From Dendrobates tinctorius (Eukaryota), in the NCBI RefSeq assembly GCF_039654945.1, contig NW_027361767.1, positions 868,001-932,000 on the forward strand: 64,000 nt of DNA, read 5' to 3'. The notes beneath the pieces were generated by a model, which had not been told where the DNA came from, made no database searches, and saw only the letters and a program-made list of their open reading frames with translations. The translations under genes were made by a program, and so were the position numbers. This document shows, one piece after another, positions 24,498 through 51,099 of this stretch; within the stretch, counting starts at the first letter, position 1, and each line of letters begins with the position of its first letter.

Positions 24498-24733
24498 TAG
24501 TGATGAGCGAGTATACTCGGGTGATCTCCGAGTATTTTGGCGTGCTCGCAGATTTAGTTTTCGTCGTGTCAGCTGCATGATTTGTGGCTACTTGACAGCC
24601 TGAATACATGTGGAAATTCCCTAACAGGCAAACCCCACATGTATTCAGGCTGTCAAGTATCTGCAGCGACAGAAACCATCTCCGAGCACCCCAAAATACT
24701 CAGAGATCACCCGAGCATGCTCGCTCATCACTA
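24498..24733. mobile_element. hAT-type palindromic MITE
   Basis: TAGTGATGAGCGAG ... CTCGCTCATCACTA; TSD GATACGAC/GATACAAC. Confidence 0.85.
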
Positions 24734-25719
24734 GATACAACCCAACCTCCTCACCAGCCTCGACTATTGACGACTGTTAAACCCACCCTGCTCCCGAGGA
24801 GATGCCATAGAGAAAATCGTCCGTGGTGGTCTCGTCACTGGGACAGTGTGATATCTTCTCCCCTCTGTATGGTGATGATGTGAATCATCTCCATCAATTC
24901 CCTTTAATCACTGACTTTTTCTTGTTCCTTCAGGTTTGTGCTCATCCCTACTCCCTCATCTTTACAACAGCTCCATGGTCTTTACAAGGTTCTCTGCCCC
25001 ACTGTGTCACTTCTCCCACTCACCCTTTCCGTTACAAGGATTTTGGAATGACCTTCAGCACTTGGGGTGAGATTTTATCTCCCTAGACTCCCCCCACATT
25101 GTTCCTATAGTCATCTCCCTTTGCTCTAGTCCATACCGGCTTACTGTGGTAACACCTCTGATGTCATCACCCGAGGCCTTTTAAGGCCAGCAGGGGCAAC
25201 CATGTGTGAGTATTGAGATAGTATTGCTCTTAGTAGCCATACGCATGTTAGGAGTTTGCGTCACCTTCCATTAAGCTCACAATACAGCCAGGTGCCCAAT
25301 TATCTTCTGCTTTAATCCAACTACCAAGGTTTGTTTCTAAGTCCATCTTACATAAATCTAGTCCAAACCTATTTCTGCAAAAGTTTCCAGATTACCAACT
25401 TTTTGTAATTGTAGTGAGCCCTGTTCACACCTTTTGTCTCTGCAACCAAGGTTAACGCATCACTGCATGCTAGTTTCCAGTTTGATAATACTTTCCTGTT
25501 GTCCTGTGGTTAACCATTTCCTTGCTACAAGTTTGCTTGGATATGTTTGCTATAACAGTAAAACTGCAATCAAATTACCAGATTGCCTAGTCATCTATTA
25601 CTTGTGTGTCCGACCCCATTTCTGTAAACAAGAACAAGCTGGCATTACATCACTTGTATCCTGCAATTAACCATTTGCCTACTGCTAGTCCGGATTGTCT
25701 ATACATCTGTTGTTACAGT

Positions 25720-26300
25720 TCAAAGTACAATTCAAAGTACTTGTTCTCACCCACAAAGCTCTCCACAGTGCGGCACCCCCTTACATCTCTTCTCTCATTT
25801 CTGTCTATCGGCCTAGCCGATCGCTGCGCTCTGCAAATGACTTTCGACTAACCTCTGCACTAATCCGTACCTCCCAATCCCGACTTCTCCCGTGCTGCTC
25901 CTATCCTCTGGAATGCTCTCCCCCAAGAAATCAGGACTATCCACAATTTGCATAGTTTTAGGCGCTCCCTCAAAACACACCTGTTCAGAGCGGCCTATCA
26001 CATTCACTAATCAAAGTCATTCTCTGTGTAAGTGTGCGTGCGTAGCCCATTCACTATCTCCATCCATCCTTCACTCCTGCAAGATGGCTGGACCTTCATT
26101 GTAAATACACCATTGTAAATACACACCTGTACTCTGTATCTCCCTCACCTCATTGTAGATTGTACGCTCTCACGAGCAGGGTCGTCTTATTTTGCTTTAA
26201 TTATTGTATTGTTAGCGTTGTTACTTATGACTTGTGTTTTGAAACTGTTAAACTGTAAAGCGCTGCGGAATATGTTGGCGCTATATAAAGATTATTATTA
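25720..26300 (+). mobile_element. 5'-truncated L2 LINE (end of ORF2, 3' UTR, (ATT)n tail)
   Basis: QFKVLVLTHKALHSAAPPYISSLIS; very similar to 28995-29560 reversed; flanked by TTACAGT on both sides. Confidence 0.9.
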
Positions 26301-28152
26301 TTACAGTGTTTATCCTCATGCCTGGCTCTGCTACATCCAGTACTCTCCTTGCTCCGCTTGTGTGTCTGCCGCTTTGCATATCACTGTTCGTATCCTTTCT
26401 GATCCACGTCATCTGTCAAATCCTGCTCGGCACCTACATTGCCTCCGGGTCCGTGCTGCTCACCCTGACCTACGGTGCCTCACCAGGTGAGACTTTACAG
26501 GTTGCATTGACCATCTCACCTGAAGAATGTCTTCCTGATACTTGGAGCCCATTTTTTTTTACCTGTCCACATCTGGTTCCCTCCTACCTTAAGGTTATCC
26601 AGCTCACATCCAGACCACTTAATCAGTGGTGGGAATTTACTCATCGGGGAATGAGGGACAGGATGGAAGACTCATTAGCATGAATTATTCTGGGGATCCA
26701 CAATTTGCTCATCGGTGAAGGCCCCATCTTATTCGCCAGGTCCCTGGACACTTGCACCGGTCACCCATTGAGTAGGATATACTTTTCTCTACCTTCTGTT
26801 TTTCAGCAGCCAATGCAGAAAGCTTTCCTGTGATCCCTTAGCTCCCAGGTGTGGACTTCTGAAGCCTGGTGTTCGGTCCTGTGTTTTCTGGTCCATGGCC
26901 TCTTCCTCTTGGCCCGACCTCCTTCTCTGGGTCTGATATTTTTCCCCTAACCAGCTTTAGAGCCCGAGGTTCTGCACTCTTCATTTTTAAGTGCCGTCTG
27001 GTTTGATCAGGGCTACTAGCATTTGATTATTGGTTACGTACTTTATCGTTTATGATCCCCGACAGGCCCCGCAGCGTTTGGCCAGTTTTCTAGTGTTTTT
27101 TTTTTACCGTCATTGTGGAAGTTTAAAGCTGCTCCCTCTTTCATTCATTCCTTCCACAAGGGCAGTTGGGGCCTCATGGGCGTTCAGACATCCAGCTTTC
27201 AGTCCTCAGGTTGGAAAGGCCGCCCTCTGAGGCTTGATTTGCACCTCTATCAAGTGCTGCAAGATTTCCATCTCGTCCGCTGGCCATGCTGGCTTCTGCC
27301 AAGAATCATCACGTTGGTACTCCATATAGTTTTATTATTGCCACCCTCTGGACCCACTCTAGGACGTCCTGCGGTGCGATGTCCCCCCCGGTGCTACTTA
27401 CCGTATAATGCCTTGTTGCATACGTTGGTGGGCACAGATCCCACGCTATTCTTAGCTTTCTTTTCCGGGGTCAGTTCTCGTTGCCTTTGGCCATTTTCCA
27501 GGTTCAGGTCATGCGGCTTCTGCAGGTCATAGTTTATTTTCTTGCTTTTGACGCTCTACTGAGCTGCCCGCTGTAGGAGATGGAGGTACGGTAGGTTTAG
27601 CCTGCCACGTTGTGGGGTTTCTGATCAGGTGGGAATGATCGGGGCTAGAGGAACAGACGTAATTGGGGGATCAGTAATTATGGGGCTTTGTTTGCAGAAT
27701 ATGGACGTCGGCCACAGAGAAATCTCATCTTATTGCTCTGAAAATAGTCATTTATTATAAAACGTTGATACAAATCCTCTGATACAATAAAATGTTTGTC
27801 GTTTCCGTCGTTTGGACTCATTATAGGAGCCGAGTTCGATACATTTTCCAATGATGGCGCGAGGGGCATGAGATGCCCGACTGTAGACAGTGACTCATGC
27901 AGGTAGTGTTACATAATGGGGGGCCGGTCCTGTGGTGGGCATAGTAGCTCCCACAAAGGATCATGGTACAGGTGTAAGATATGACAGGACGGGTAAAGCT
28001 CGGTGCCCATCCCTGGCATCACCCCCTTCCATATCCTAAGCTCCCTCGATTCGCCAAACTCCCCGGCTGAAGGGAACATTCCTGTAAGATGGCAGAAAGC
28101 TACAGGCTGCAATGTGGGGGGCATCTTATAATGGCGTCAATGTGATGGCCAG

Positions 28153-40599
<12,447 letters not shown>

Positions 40600-40605
<6 letters not shown>

Positions 40606-40960
40606 CTCCTCCCGCCAGTCAGTGAGCCCGTCCGGCGTCTAGCACAGGCAGCCCGGGCACTGCTTGTAGAGGGCGTGGCCCAGCAGCCGCGCGTCACCTC
40701 TCAAACATCACTGCTATTGGTGCATAGTTGGCGACATACGGAATCACGTTTCTTTTTCGACCAATAGCAGCGCCCCAGCTCACTGCTGCACTGTGTTGTG
40801 CAATCTGAGTGGAAATCGCGGGCGGCGGCCATATTAGGTAAGGGCAGCGTGCCCTCACTGTCAACGTGGACAGACGGAAGGCCTGAGGCAGCGGCGCAGA
40901 CTGGAGCCGAGTGCGGACGGTCACACTGTGCGGACTCCCCCAGAGCGGCACAGAGACCGG
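40600..40960. promoter_or_regulatory. CpG-rich promoter of the SURF4-like gene
   Basis: Inverted CCAAT boxes (about 40716 and 40761), YY1-like GCGGCCATATT (40825-40835), high CpG density next to exon 1. Confidence 0.6.
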
Positions 40961-41347
40961 TGTGAGGAAGATCACTGCCGTCTGTCAAAGAAACCTGCTT
41001 CTATCTCTTCCTGGGAAAATGTCTCTTTAGTGAGTACAGACTTTCCCATTACAGAGACAGGAGACGACAAAGTTCTATGGAGAAGTGTAACTGTCATTTA
41101 TGGAGAACTTGCAGCGGAATGCCAGTGTGTGACTATAGCTCCTCCCTCTGCGTCCGCCTCTAGCTCCTCCCCCACTCCCCTTCCATAGAATATCACAAGC
41201 ACCAACTGTCATCTATCTCAGTAATGGGATAATGAGCCTTCACTGAATGCTGATTTTACGCATGAATTGAGAATGAGCGATCAGTCCAGGAGGAGAAAGA
41301 AGCAGATTTTTTCTGATATGTTACAAGGAGGCCCATTTTTATGAGTA

Positions 41348-44300
41348 TTAGCCCCTCTCCCACCTTAGACATATCCATACGTCCCTGTGACCTGGGTCCT
41401 GTTGACCTGAGATGTATGTATACGTCCTGGCGATTTTGCGAGCAGACGGGTGCAATGATTCTGACAGCTGGCGCAAGGTGCAAGAGCGGTCACTCACCTC
41501 TCCCGGCTCTTTATCCCCCTAAATGCTGAGATCGAACTCAGTCTCAGCATTTCGGGAGCTGGCAGAGGGATGACAGCCCCTCTTCCCTTGGATTGGAGAC
41601 CCCACGACTTCATGTGAGTCCCGATCGTTGCCATGGTGACCCAATGTCGTCATGATGTCATCCGGGTCACCAGAGCTAGGAAAATTGCTTGATTATGCTC
41701 AGAGCGATCAGCCTGCAAAAAAAATGATAGTCCCATAGTGGGAAAAAGTTTTTAAAAAGTTTTTAAAAAATTTGCAAATATAGTTTTTAAAAATAAACAA
41801 AGTTAAAATAAAAAAATCTAAATATATTGTACCCATAAATAATAATTTTTATGAGAAAAAAATATAAACAATAAAAGTACACATATTTGGTATCACCACA
41901 TCCACCTATGAAACTGTCCCACTAGTTAACCCTTTTAGGGATCATAAAAAAATAAAAAGGCAAAAAACATTGATTTATCATCATACAGCTGAACAAAAAG
42001 TGGAATAAAACGCAATAAAAAAGACGAATGTAAATATAAATGGTACCGCTGAAAACGTCACCTTGTCCCACAAAAAGACGAGCCGCCACACAGCTCCATC
42101 AGCGGAAAAATAAAAAAGTTATAGCTCTCAGAATAAAGCCATGCAAAAATAATAATTTTTCTATAAAATTTTTTATTGTATAAAAGCGCCAAAACATAAA
42201 AAATGATGTAAATGAGGTATCGCTGTAACCGTACTGACCCGAAGAATAAAGCTGCCTTATCAATTATCATATCCGTAACGGTATAAAATGCCCCCCCCCC
42301 AAAAAAAAAAAAATTCCTGAATTGCTGGTTTTTGTTTATTCTGTCTTACAAAATTGGAATAAAAGTGATCACAACATGTCATGTGCCCGAAAATGGTACC
42401 AATGAAAACATCAACTCGTCCCACAAAAAATAAGACCCCACATGACTCGGTGGGTCAAAATATGGAAAAATTCTAGCTCTCAAAATGTGGTGAAGCAAAA
42501 ACTATTTTTTTGCAATAAAAAGCGTCTTTTAGTGTGTGACAGCTGCCAAACAGAAACACCCGCTATAAATCTGGTATCTCTGTAATCGCACCAACCCGAA
42601 GAATAAAGTCGCCGAATCACTTATACCGCATGAGGAACGGCGTAAAAAATTAAACCAGTTCTTCACCTGCTGTTGTTTTTTCATTCTGCCTCACATAGAT
42701 CGTAGTAAGGTTTGGTGCACATTTATCCTGCACTCTGCGCTGAGCGCTTGCATCGGGGCTTCCGTGTAAATCTCTGAAATACGTGAATCAGACAGAACCC
42801 GCATCGGAAGATTCCCTATAACGAGGCAGATGAAGGCACTGTGGATGCTGTAGGACCTGTGATCCCCAGAGGGCCATAAATTCTCAAAGGGGTATAATTT
42901 CCAAAATGGGGTCACCTGAGGGGGGATTCTGCTCTTCTAGCAATTAGGGGCTCTGTATATGGAGTCCACAAACTGTTCTAGGAAAATCTGCGCTCTGGGA
43001 GGCAAATAGCGCTCTGTTCCTCCCGAGTCTCTCTGTATGGCAAAGTAGCACTGTACAGACACATATGGGGTATTGCCCCACGTTCAGTCAAAATTGTGAG
43101 ACACATTTTGGTGCCATTTTTACCCACTTCTTATGTGAAAATGTAAAACCTGGGGCTAAAACAAAATTTTGGTGGTAAAAATGCAGTTAAAGGTATAAAA
43201 TTCTTTGACACACCTGGGGTACCAATATGATCACTGCACCCCTAAATGAATTCATTGAGAGGTGTAGTTTGTAAAATGGGGTCACTTTTGGGGGATTCTG
43301 CTGTTCTGGCACCTCAAGGGCTCTCCCAGTGGGTCATCGCACCTGCAAACCATAACAGTAAAATCTGCACTATAGTATGGCGCTCCTTCCCTTCTGAGCT
43401 TCGCACTGGGCCTGAAAATATTTCCAGATTACATGTAGGGTGTTGGCGCACTCAGAAAAAAATGGACCTCAGTTTGTTGTAAAAAAAAATTCCTATTAGC
43501 CCTTAGGAAAAATGAAAAACTTGGGTCTAAAACAACATTTCAGTGGTAAAAAATGTAATTTATTCTTCTTTCACCGCTCAATGGTATAACATTCTGTGAG
43601 GCACATGTGGAGTCAATATGATCACTGCACCCCTAGAGGAATTCAGTGGGGAGTGTAGTTGTAAAATTAGTTCTCATATAGGGGGTTTCTGTTCTTCTGG
43701 CACCGCAGGGACTCTGCTCAAACCATTTCAGCTAAATCTGAACTCCAACATGGCGCCTCTTCCCTTCCAAGCTTTGCAATGAGCCTCAAAAGCAGTAATC
43801 CCCCACATATGGGGTATCGTCCTACTCAGGAGATATTGCATAACAAATTGTATGGGGCAAATATTAAAATGCAAAATTTGGGGCTAAAATAACATTTTTG
43901 TGGGGAAAATTTGATTTTTTTTTTTTAATAGCTCAACGTTATAAAATTCTGTTAAGTACCTGGGAGTTCAAGGTGCTCAATACACATCTAAATACATTCC
44001 CTGAGGGGTATAGATTCCAAAATGGGGTCACTTGTGGAAGGTTTCTACTGTTTAGGCACATCAGGGGCTCTCCAAAAGTGACATGGCGTCTGCTAATGAT
44101 TCCAGCAAATTTTACATTCAAAAAGTCAAAGGACGCTCCTTCCTTTCCGAGCCCTGCCGTGCGCCCAAACAGAAGTTTTCTCCCTCATATGGGATATCGG
44201 CGTACGCAGGAAAAATTGTACTACAAACTACATTGTGTGATTTCTCTTGTTACCCTTAAGAAAATGCAAAATTTGGAACTAAACATTTTTGTGGGGAAAA

Positions 44301-45291
44301 TGTGATTTTTTTTTTTTATTTTTCATGGTTCAACATTACAAACGTCTGTCAAGCACCTGAGGATTCAATGTGCTCACCAAACATTTAGATCGGTTCCCTG
44401 AGGGGGTCTAGTTTCCAAAATGACGTAGCTTATGGGGGGTTTCCACTGTTTAGGCACATCAAGGGGCCTCCAAACGAGACATGGCATCCGCCAATTGTTC
44501 CAGGAAATTGTGCATTCAAATCGTCAAATGGCGCTCCTTCCTTTCAGAACCCTGCCGTGCGCCCAAACAGTGGTTTTCCCCCACATATGGGGTATTGGCA
44601 TGCTCAGGAGAAATTGCACAACAAATTTTGGGATCCATTTTGTCCTGTTACCCTTGTGAAAATAAAAAAAAATAGGATCTAACGTAAATTTTTTGTGAAA
44701 AAAGTTAAATGTTCAATTTTTTTTTCACATTCCAAAAATTCCTGTGATTCATACTTTTTGAATGTGGTTTTGAGCACCTTGAGGGGTGCAGTTTTTAGAA
44801 TGGTGTCACGTTTGGGTATCTTCTATCATATAGACCCCTCAAAGGGACTTCAAATGTGAGGTGGTCCCTAAAAAAAATGTTTCTGTAAATTTTGCTGCAA
44901 ACAGGAGAAATCGCTGGTCAACTTTTAACCCTTATAACTTCCTAACAAATAAAAATTGTTTAAAAAAACAATTGATGTAAAGTAGACATGTGGGGAATGT
45001 TATTAACTATTTTGTGCGATCTAACTCTCTGATTTAAGGGCATAAAAATTAAAAGTTTGAAAATTGTGAAATTTTCAAAATTCTCACCAAATTTCCATTT
45101 TTCTTTCACAAATAAACGCAAGTCATAGCAAAGAAATTTTACCACTGTCAAAAAGTACAATATGTCACGAGAAAACATTCCCCTAGAATGAGTGGGATTT
45201 GTTGAAGCGTTCCAGAGTTATTAGTTCATGAAGTGGTGAGAATTGTAAAAATTGGCCCGGTCATTAACATGTAAACCACCATGGGGCTTAA
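41348..45291. mobile_element. Large non-autonomous piggyBac-like element with internal subrepeats of about 375 bp
   Basis: Begins tta-gcccct, ends ggggcttaa; AT-rich with no coherent ORF; recurring (cc)aaaatggggtcac motif near 42901, 43272, 44017, 44414 and 44797. Confidence 0.55.
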
Positions 45292-46649
45292 CGATGATTG
45301 ATGTAGAAATTAATATGATGGTCACTTGTTAAACTTAAAACTCTTCTAACATTCCGAAAATATCAAAATAGATTATAAAAAAAGTAATATCCTTACATAA
45401 AAAAGACAGATGGTGAAAGTCATTCATTTACTGATGTGAGGTTATGATTATCCAGAATGTCTCACATTTTAACAGCTGCTAATTTTTTCATATTTTCTAC
45501 ATTTCATTTTTCTTTTTGTTATAAAATCAACTCAAAACCTAATGACCAAAATTTACCATCAAGAAGTGCAAGGTGTCATGAAAATAAACAGCCATCTCAG
45601 AATCACTCCACTCATAAAGGGACACGCCAGATACAAAAATGGGGATGTGTCTGCTTCTTGGACTGTGTCGTCATTTGATCCCCCCAATACTGCTGCCCCC
45701 ATAGAAGTCAATAGACAGGTAGCCCTCTCCATTGTAGGGTTTATAGAAAGCTGAGGAGGTCGGGGCCTAGCTGTGGCGTCAGAAGCCCCTATTCTTCTTC
45801 TTAGGTTTGAGCCTAGCCCCTGACAATTACAGCATATCCTATGGTCGGTGGTAAAGTGAAAGAGAGATGGCCATTAATCAAGAAGACAGTAAAAATTGAA
45901 GTAAAGAAGAGACAGCCACTGATAGAATAGAGAGTTTATAGTGAAGTGAAGACACTGTCTAGCAGACGAAGAAGAGACAACCATAAAGGAGAAACAGACC
46001 GTAATGAAGAACAGACAGTCAAGCGATATATGAACAATAGACAAGTGATGAAGAAGTGACATACAGTAAGGAAATGTGGTCACAGTCATCAGTAGCGAGA
46101 CAGCCATGGGTGTTCAGAAATCTAGGAAACGTCATCCTTATTTACCACTTGTCTGATTTCTGGGGTGGGGTGAGGACTTCCATTAGAGGAGTGTTCCCCG
46201 GAATCACTTACTCTTCCGCTGATTGTTGGTGCCGAATCATCAGGTTACTTTCTGGATAAGTCTTGAGCCTGATGACATTTCCCCTTTAAGGCTCACTTTT
46301 CATGGACTGTATTGTCATTTTGAGAACCCCTGGCATTCGGTGTAATGGGCTGTCAGCTGCTCCATCTTTTGTGTGGCACCCCTCCCTTGGCACCGTACAC
46401 TTTCTTGTGTAAACAGCTTGTTCCTTTATATAATGGGTGTGAGCGTATGCCCAGGGGGTAGACAGCAAAATAATAGAAAGTGTATCCAGCGATGCGTCAT
46501 CAGCACCGGCTGGCAGTGGCCACACCGGCTCTACCATCAGTAATTGGGGCTACGCCATGTCAGGCCTGACTGCTACAAAACATGGACTGATGGGCTTGGT
46601 GTAGAGGTGACCATTAGGATAGGCATGGGCTGCCCAGGTCCAGGGGGTC

Positions 46650-47908
46650 TGTAGCATGGTGGGGCACGAGGCGTCTCCTTTTACACACTGGCGCGCTACA
46701 TGTAAGTGTGGGTCCTGGCTGGGTGTGTGGACTTGTGCAGGCCGCATGGAGCTGGCCAGGACTATAGTTTCCACAGTGGGACAGAGGGCACAAAGTCTTA
46801 TGATGGTTTCATCTACGGCATAAAGTATGTTTTCTCACACCGTGCGCTTCCTTTGTTGTTCTACTCCAGGGTCGGTGAAGGACACTATGTCATCCTACGT
46901 CACCACAACCCAGCCTGAACGCCACAGTCCTGGTCTCTCTACTCGATCAGTGGTTCCGCGTCCTATTTCTGGATCTACTGCTCGGGACCACCATTAGTCC
47001 CACAAACTCAATCCTGTTTAGGCCCGTTAACTGTGGCGTTGTAAGCTGTATGATCATGGCTTGGCGTCCTCTACACGGACCCCTCTCGGGAAGCCACTAT
47101 GACTAGTCAATCACTTTTCTCACTATCCCTGGCCTTAAGTCTCCCCTTTCTATGGATCACCTCTCAGCAGCACTCTTCACTTAGCACTCCAAACTCAAAC
47201 TCCTTAATTACAGGAAGCAGTCACTTGCTCTAATACTAAGCCCCTCCCACTAAGGGCTAGTCTATCTTCCCCTAAATGTCACTGTTTGAACTACAGTCAA
47301 CTATCTGTCCCTATACTACCTATCTTAGGCTACTTTCACACTTGCGTTTTTTTGCGCTGCGCACCGTGCGCAGCGCAAACGCACATAAAAAACGCATCAT
47401 GCATTTGTGTGCGTTTTTTTGCGGTTTTGAGCATGTTTTTTAAAAAAATGCATTTTTTTTTGCGCTGAAGCGCGCAATACCATGCGCACATCAGCGCACC
47501 CATAGACTATAATGGGTGTTTGTGTGCGCATGCGTTTTTTGGGGACAACTCGGACACACAAAAAATGCAACAAGATGCATTTTGTGCGCCCGAGCGCACA
47601 CTACAAAAAAAACGCATGCGCATACAAACATGTGTATGCGCACCCATGTAAAGTATAGGAAAAAAACACATGCGCTTTTTTGCGCAAAAAACAAGAGCAA
47701 AAAAACGCAAGTGTGAAATCAGCCTTATACCCTAAAATACCTTACATTATTACATCCTACACTGTGCATTACTTATAATATTACTACACACTGTATATAA
47801 CAATATTACCATATATACAGAGACGCATGACATAATACACATTACAATACAACAAAACGCGATTGGTGCCTGTAAGGGGCAGGAAGGTGACAGTCCACCA
47901 CCATTACA
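46650..47908. mobile_element. Solo LTR with 4-bp TSD
   Basis: GGTC-TGTAGCATGGTGG ... CCACCACCATTACA-GGTC; TG..CA ends with short terminal inverted repeats. Confidence 0.7.
47328..47724. mobile_element. PIF/Harbinger-type palindromic MITE inside the solo LTR
   Basis: TTA-GGCTACTTTCACACTTGCGTTTTTT ... AAAAAACGCAAGTGTGAAATCAGCC-TTA. Confidence 0.85.
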
Positions 47909-48132
47909 GGTCCATAGCTTTTCCCTTACATGCACTGAACAGAGCGTATTCTGAATTGTATACTTCGGTAAGGGAGATGCAGCTTCAGGTCTGTAGCTGT
48001 ACATTCAGGATCCACCTTTGTGCATCAGATTAGCATCATAATCCAAACAAGTCCATCACTTTGTACTGATTGTTTCTTATTAAATAGTGATCAGAGTTCC
48101 ATTTTCTGCTGCAGAGCTCCAGATACAATGTA

Positions 48133-50010
48133 CAGTGGCATGTAAAAGTTTAGGCACCCCTTGTCAAAATTACTGTTAATGTGAACAGCTAAGCAAGTTG
48201 AAGATGAAATGGCTGGTTGTCAAAAATGGACCCCACGCTGTTTTTTTTAAATTATTTACTTAAATAATTTTTAAAAATGGCGTGGACACCCCTCTATTCT
48301 TGATAACCAGCCTTGCTAAAGCTGACAGCTGAGGGTTGCAGCTCGCAGCTGTCAATTTTGCCAGGCTGGTTATCAAAAATACAAGGGAACTCACACCGTT
48401 TTTTTTTTTATTTTTTCATGTGCAGACTGATGAATACTTCCATCAGCAGCCGCCTGCTCTCACTGTTATTAACAGCAACAGGCGTAGGTTGATGGGAGTA
48501 GTAGTAAACTTTTACCTCCGGTTACAGCTGCAGGCTCACACTGTCATCTGACAGCGTGGGAGCTGCAACGATCTTACCGCTGATCAGAGGCAGTGTTTGC
48601 TGCATATGACAGCGTGGCAAACAGTGGATTTTCGGGCCCACCATTCATGGGAATGGGGTCCGGGTTCGGATGCCAGAACCAAACTTTTTTTTAACTGTTC
48701 AGCCAAACCTCCCGGACCCGAAAATCCAGGGGTTCGCCCATCACTATTGCCGTCGTCAATCCAGTGGTGTTTAGCCTTGCTCTACCATCTACTTTTTTAA
48801 GTTCCATAATGTATTTCACCGTTCTCTTCTCAAAAAATATGTGGCCTCCTCAGTAACATCCCTACCACCACCTTCCCCTATCGTGGTCAATGGAAGACTG
48901 GAATTCCACATAGCTAAAATTGCTTATTTTCACTTGGTTCACTGGTCTCTTCAATATTTAGTATATGGAATGGTTATGGTCCAGAGGAAAGAATTTGGGT
49001 ATCAGCGTCTTATGTTCATGCAACAAGGTTGTTTCGGGCCTTTCACACCTCCCTCTCCTCCTGATAAACTGGGTTCTGAGGATCCGGAGTCCCGTCTTAG
49101 GAAGGAGGGCAGTGTAATACCGCAACAGAGTGGGGTCAGACAATTACAGCCTCTGGTTACACATACACCTGCAGCAGTTAGAACAGCTTCACCATCCTAT
49201 TAGGAGTTTTTTTGCTTTCTTTGCTCTGGAGCTGCAAGGGTTAAAGTGCTTAGTTGAACTCATTAAATTCTCTGTCTTGGATTGTATCAGCTTTTTCAAG
49301 TTTCATACTCCCAGCAGGTATGAGAACCTTCCTCTTTGCTTCTGAACTTGCCAATGATAGTTACCGCTACCTGGTTTGAAGTTGGAGAAGAGAGTTCACT
49401 GTTTGAAGTAGGCGGTCGGAGAGTTTTTCAAGAAATTGCTGTGTGGAGTTGGTTTGCATGTTTATCCTTATCCTCTCCCATTTGGTTTCTTCCTTCTTAT
49501 TCCTCTCCTGTTTCCCATTCTGTTGTTTTGTGGGTAAATTTGTATGACTGAAGTTTTCTTTTATGTCTGTCTGGTTAGTGTTTGCCTATACACTTGGGCC
49601 TCACACCTCATTGGGTGGGCGAGCGAAGAGAAAAGGGAAAGACAGGAGCATATCAAGGCACAAGACCCCGGCATCTCCACCATCTGGGGTTATCCAGTGA
49701 ACAGGGATAGCCTAGAGTGCCACTAGTTCACGGGATAGGGTAGGTGACAAAAGTCCATTGTCACAGATCCTAATCACATGTGAAAATCCACAATAAACTA
49801 CCTCCAAAGGCACAAGCTGAAGGTTTTTCAATGGCCCTCACAGTCCCCTGACCTGAACATCATTGAAAATCTGTGGTTAGACCTCAAAATAGCAGAGGAT
49901 GCAAGGCGATCCAGGAATCTCACAGAACTGGAGGAATTATCCAAGGAAGAATGGATGAAAATCCTTCAAACAAGGCTGGCTGCAAAAAGTGTTCACAAGC
50001 TGTGCTACTA
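48133..50010 (+). mobile_element. Fragmented Tc1 relic interrupted by a MITE and a Gypsy 3' end
   Basis: TA-CAGTGGCATGTAAAAGTTTAGGCACCCC left TIR; [19 protein letters not shown] at about 49830-49890. Confidence 0.6.
48830..49749 (+). mobile_element. Gypsy (chromovirus-like) 3' end: chromodomain remnant, polypurine tract and LTR
   Basis: PPPSPIVVNGRLEFHIAKI..LQYLV..GYGPEERIWVSAS; PPT aggaaggagggcag, then TGTAA at 49113; ends gtgaCA near 49749. Confidence 0.7.
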
Positions 50011-51099
50011 GGTACTTGTAGGGGAGTGAAGCAGGACGTCCCCTTTAATGTCTCCTCCCTTTAAGAAGTGCTGATGTAAATATGTAATTATTCTTGGTAC
50101 TGCTACACTTATAGTGTATTACCGCTGTTTGCGTTATTGGTACTGCCACATCATATATGTGTTACCATGCTGTAAGATTGTAAATATTGTATTGTATAAT
50201 GTTTTGCATATCTATGTAGAGATTAGGGAAAGCTGGTGCATCCTTCAGGTTCATTAGAGGAGGGCACTATTAGTATAGAGTTCCTAGACATGGGTAAGTG
50301 TAAGTCTGTAGTGGGCCTCTAGCTGGGGGCAGAGAAATTGCAGTTTATGACAGCAGCAGGAACAGGAAAGAATATGTGGTCCAAAAGTCGTGCAGAGTGC
50401 AGAACATTCACCATGTGGCAGATCTTAAATAGGGCTGAAGCTTGCAAATCCGGGGCGAAACGGGTGAACGGGATCCCCTATGTCCTGAGGTCCTACAGGA
50501 GTGATGCTGCGGTACCGCCAAGGGCGCTACTACCCCGTAATGTGCGTGAGGACCAGGAAAGGGAAAGTGGAGGAGGAATGCTGAGTGAACTGTAATGTAA
50601 CTGATGTGTCTGGGACCATTGAAGAGAAAAGTAAAATCATTTGGTTGGCATCTGAACCAGTATCTGTGTCCATTATTTCTACCCTGTGCACAGAAGCTGA
50701 GTGTGCAGGAGCTGTGCCGCACCGCAGTGAAATTCCTGATGGTTAACCAGAACCTCGAACAGGTACGCCGCTAGAAGCTGGCAATCTTTCTGTAGGGAGA
50801 GGCTGGGACACCAAGGCCCTGGTGTCCTCGTGCACAACTACTACCATCCTGGCCCCTTCTTACACTGTCTCACCGGTGCTGCTGTCTCACCGGAGTAGCT
50901 GTTTTCAGACTGACAGCAGCTGCAGTTTCTGCAGTGCAGGCTCTGGATGTCTCAGCCACACTGGGTCCTACTGCCCTCTGTGTGTGCATACACTAGACAC
51001 TTCCTAGTCCCGCCTCAGTCACTGCCAGAAATCTTCATGGTAAGTGGGGATGGAATTTATTAGATTCATTCAGCTTAGGCATGTCATGGTCACTGTGGG

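Noticed and set aside
50017-51030. Probable LTR fragments (also 54398-54880)
   Set aside because: LTR-like composition and TG starts, but I could not find matching ends or TSDs.
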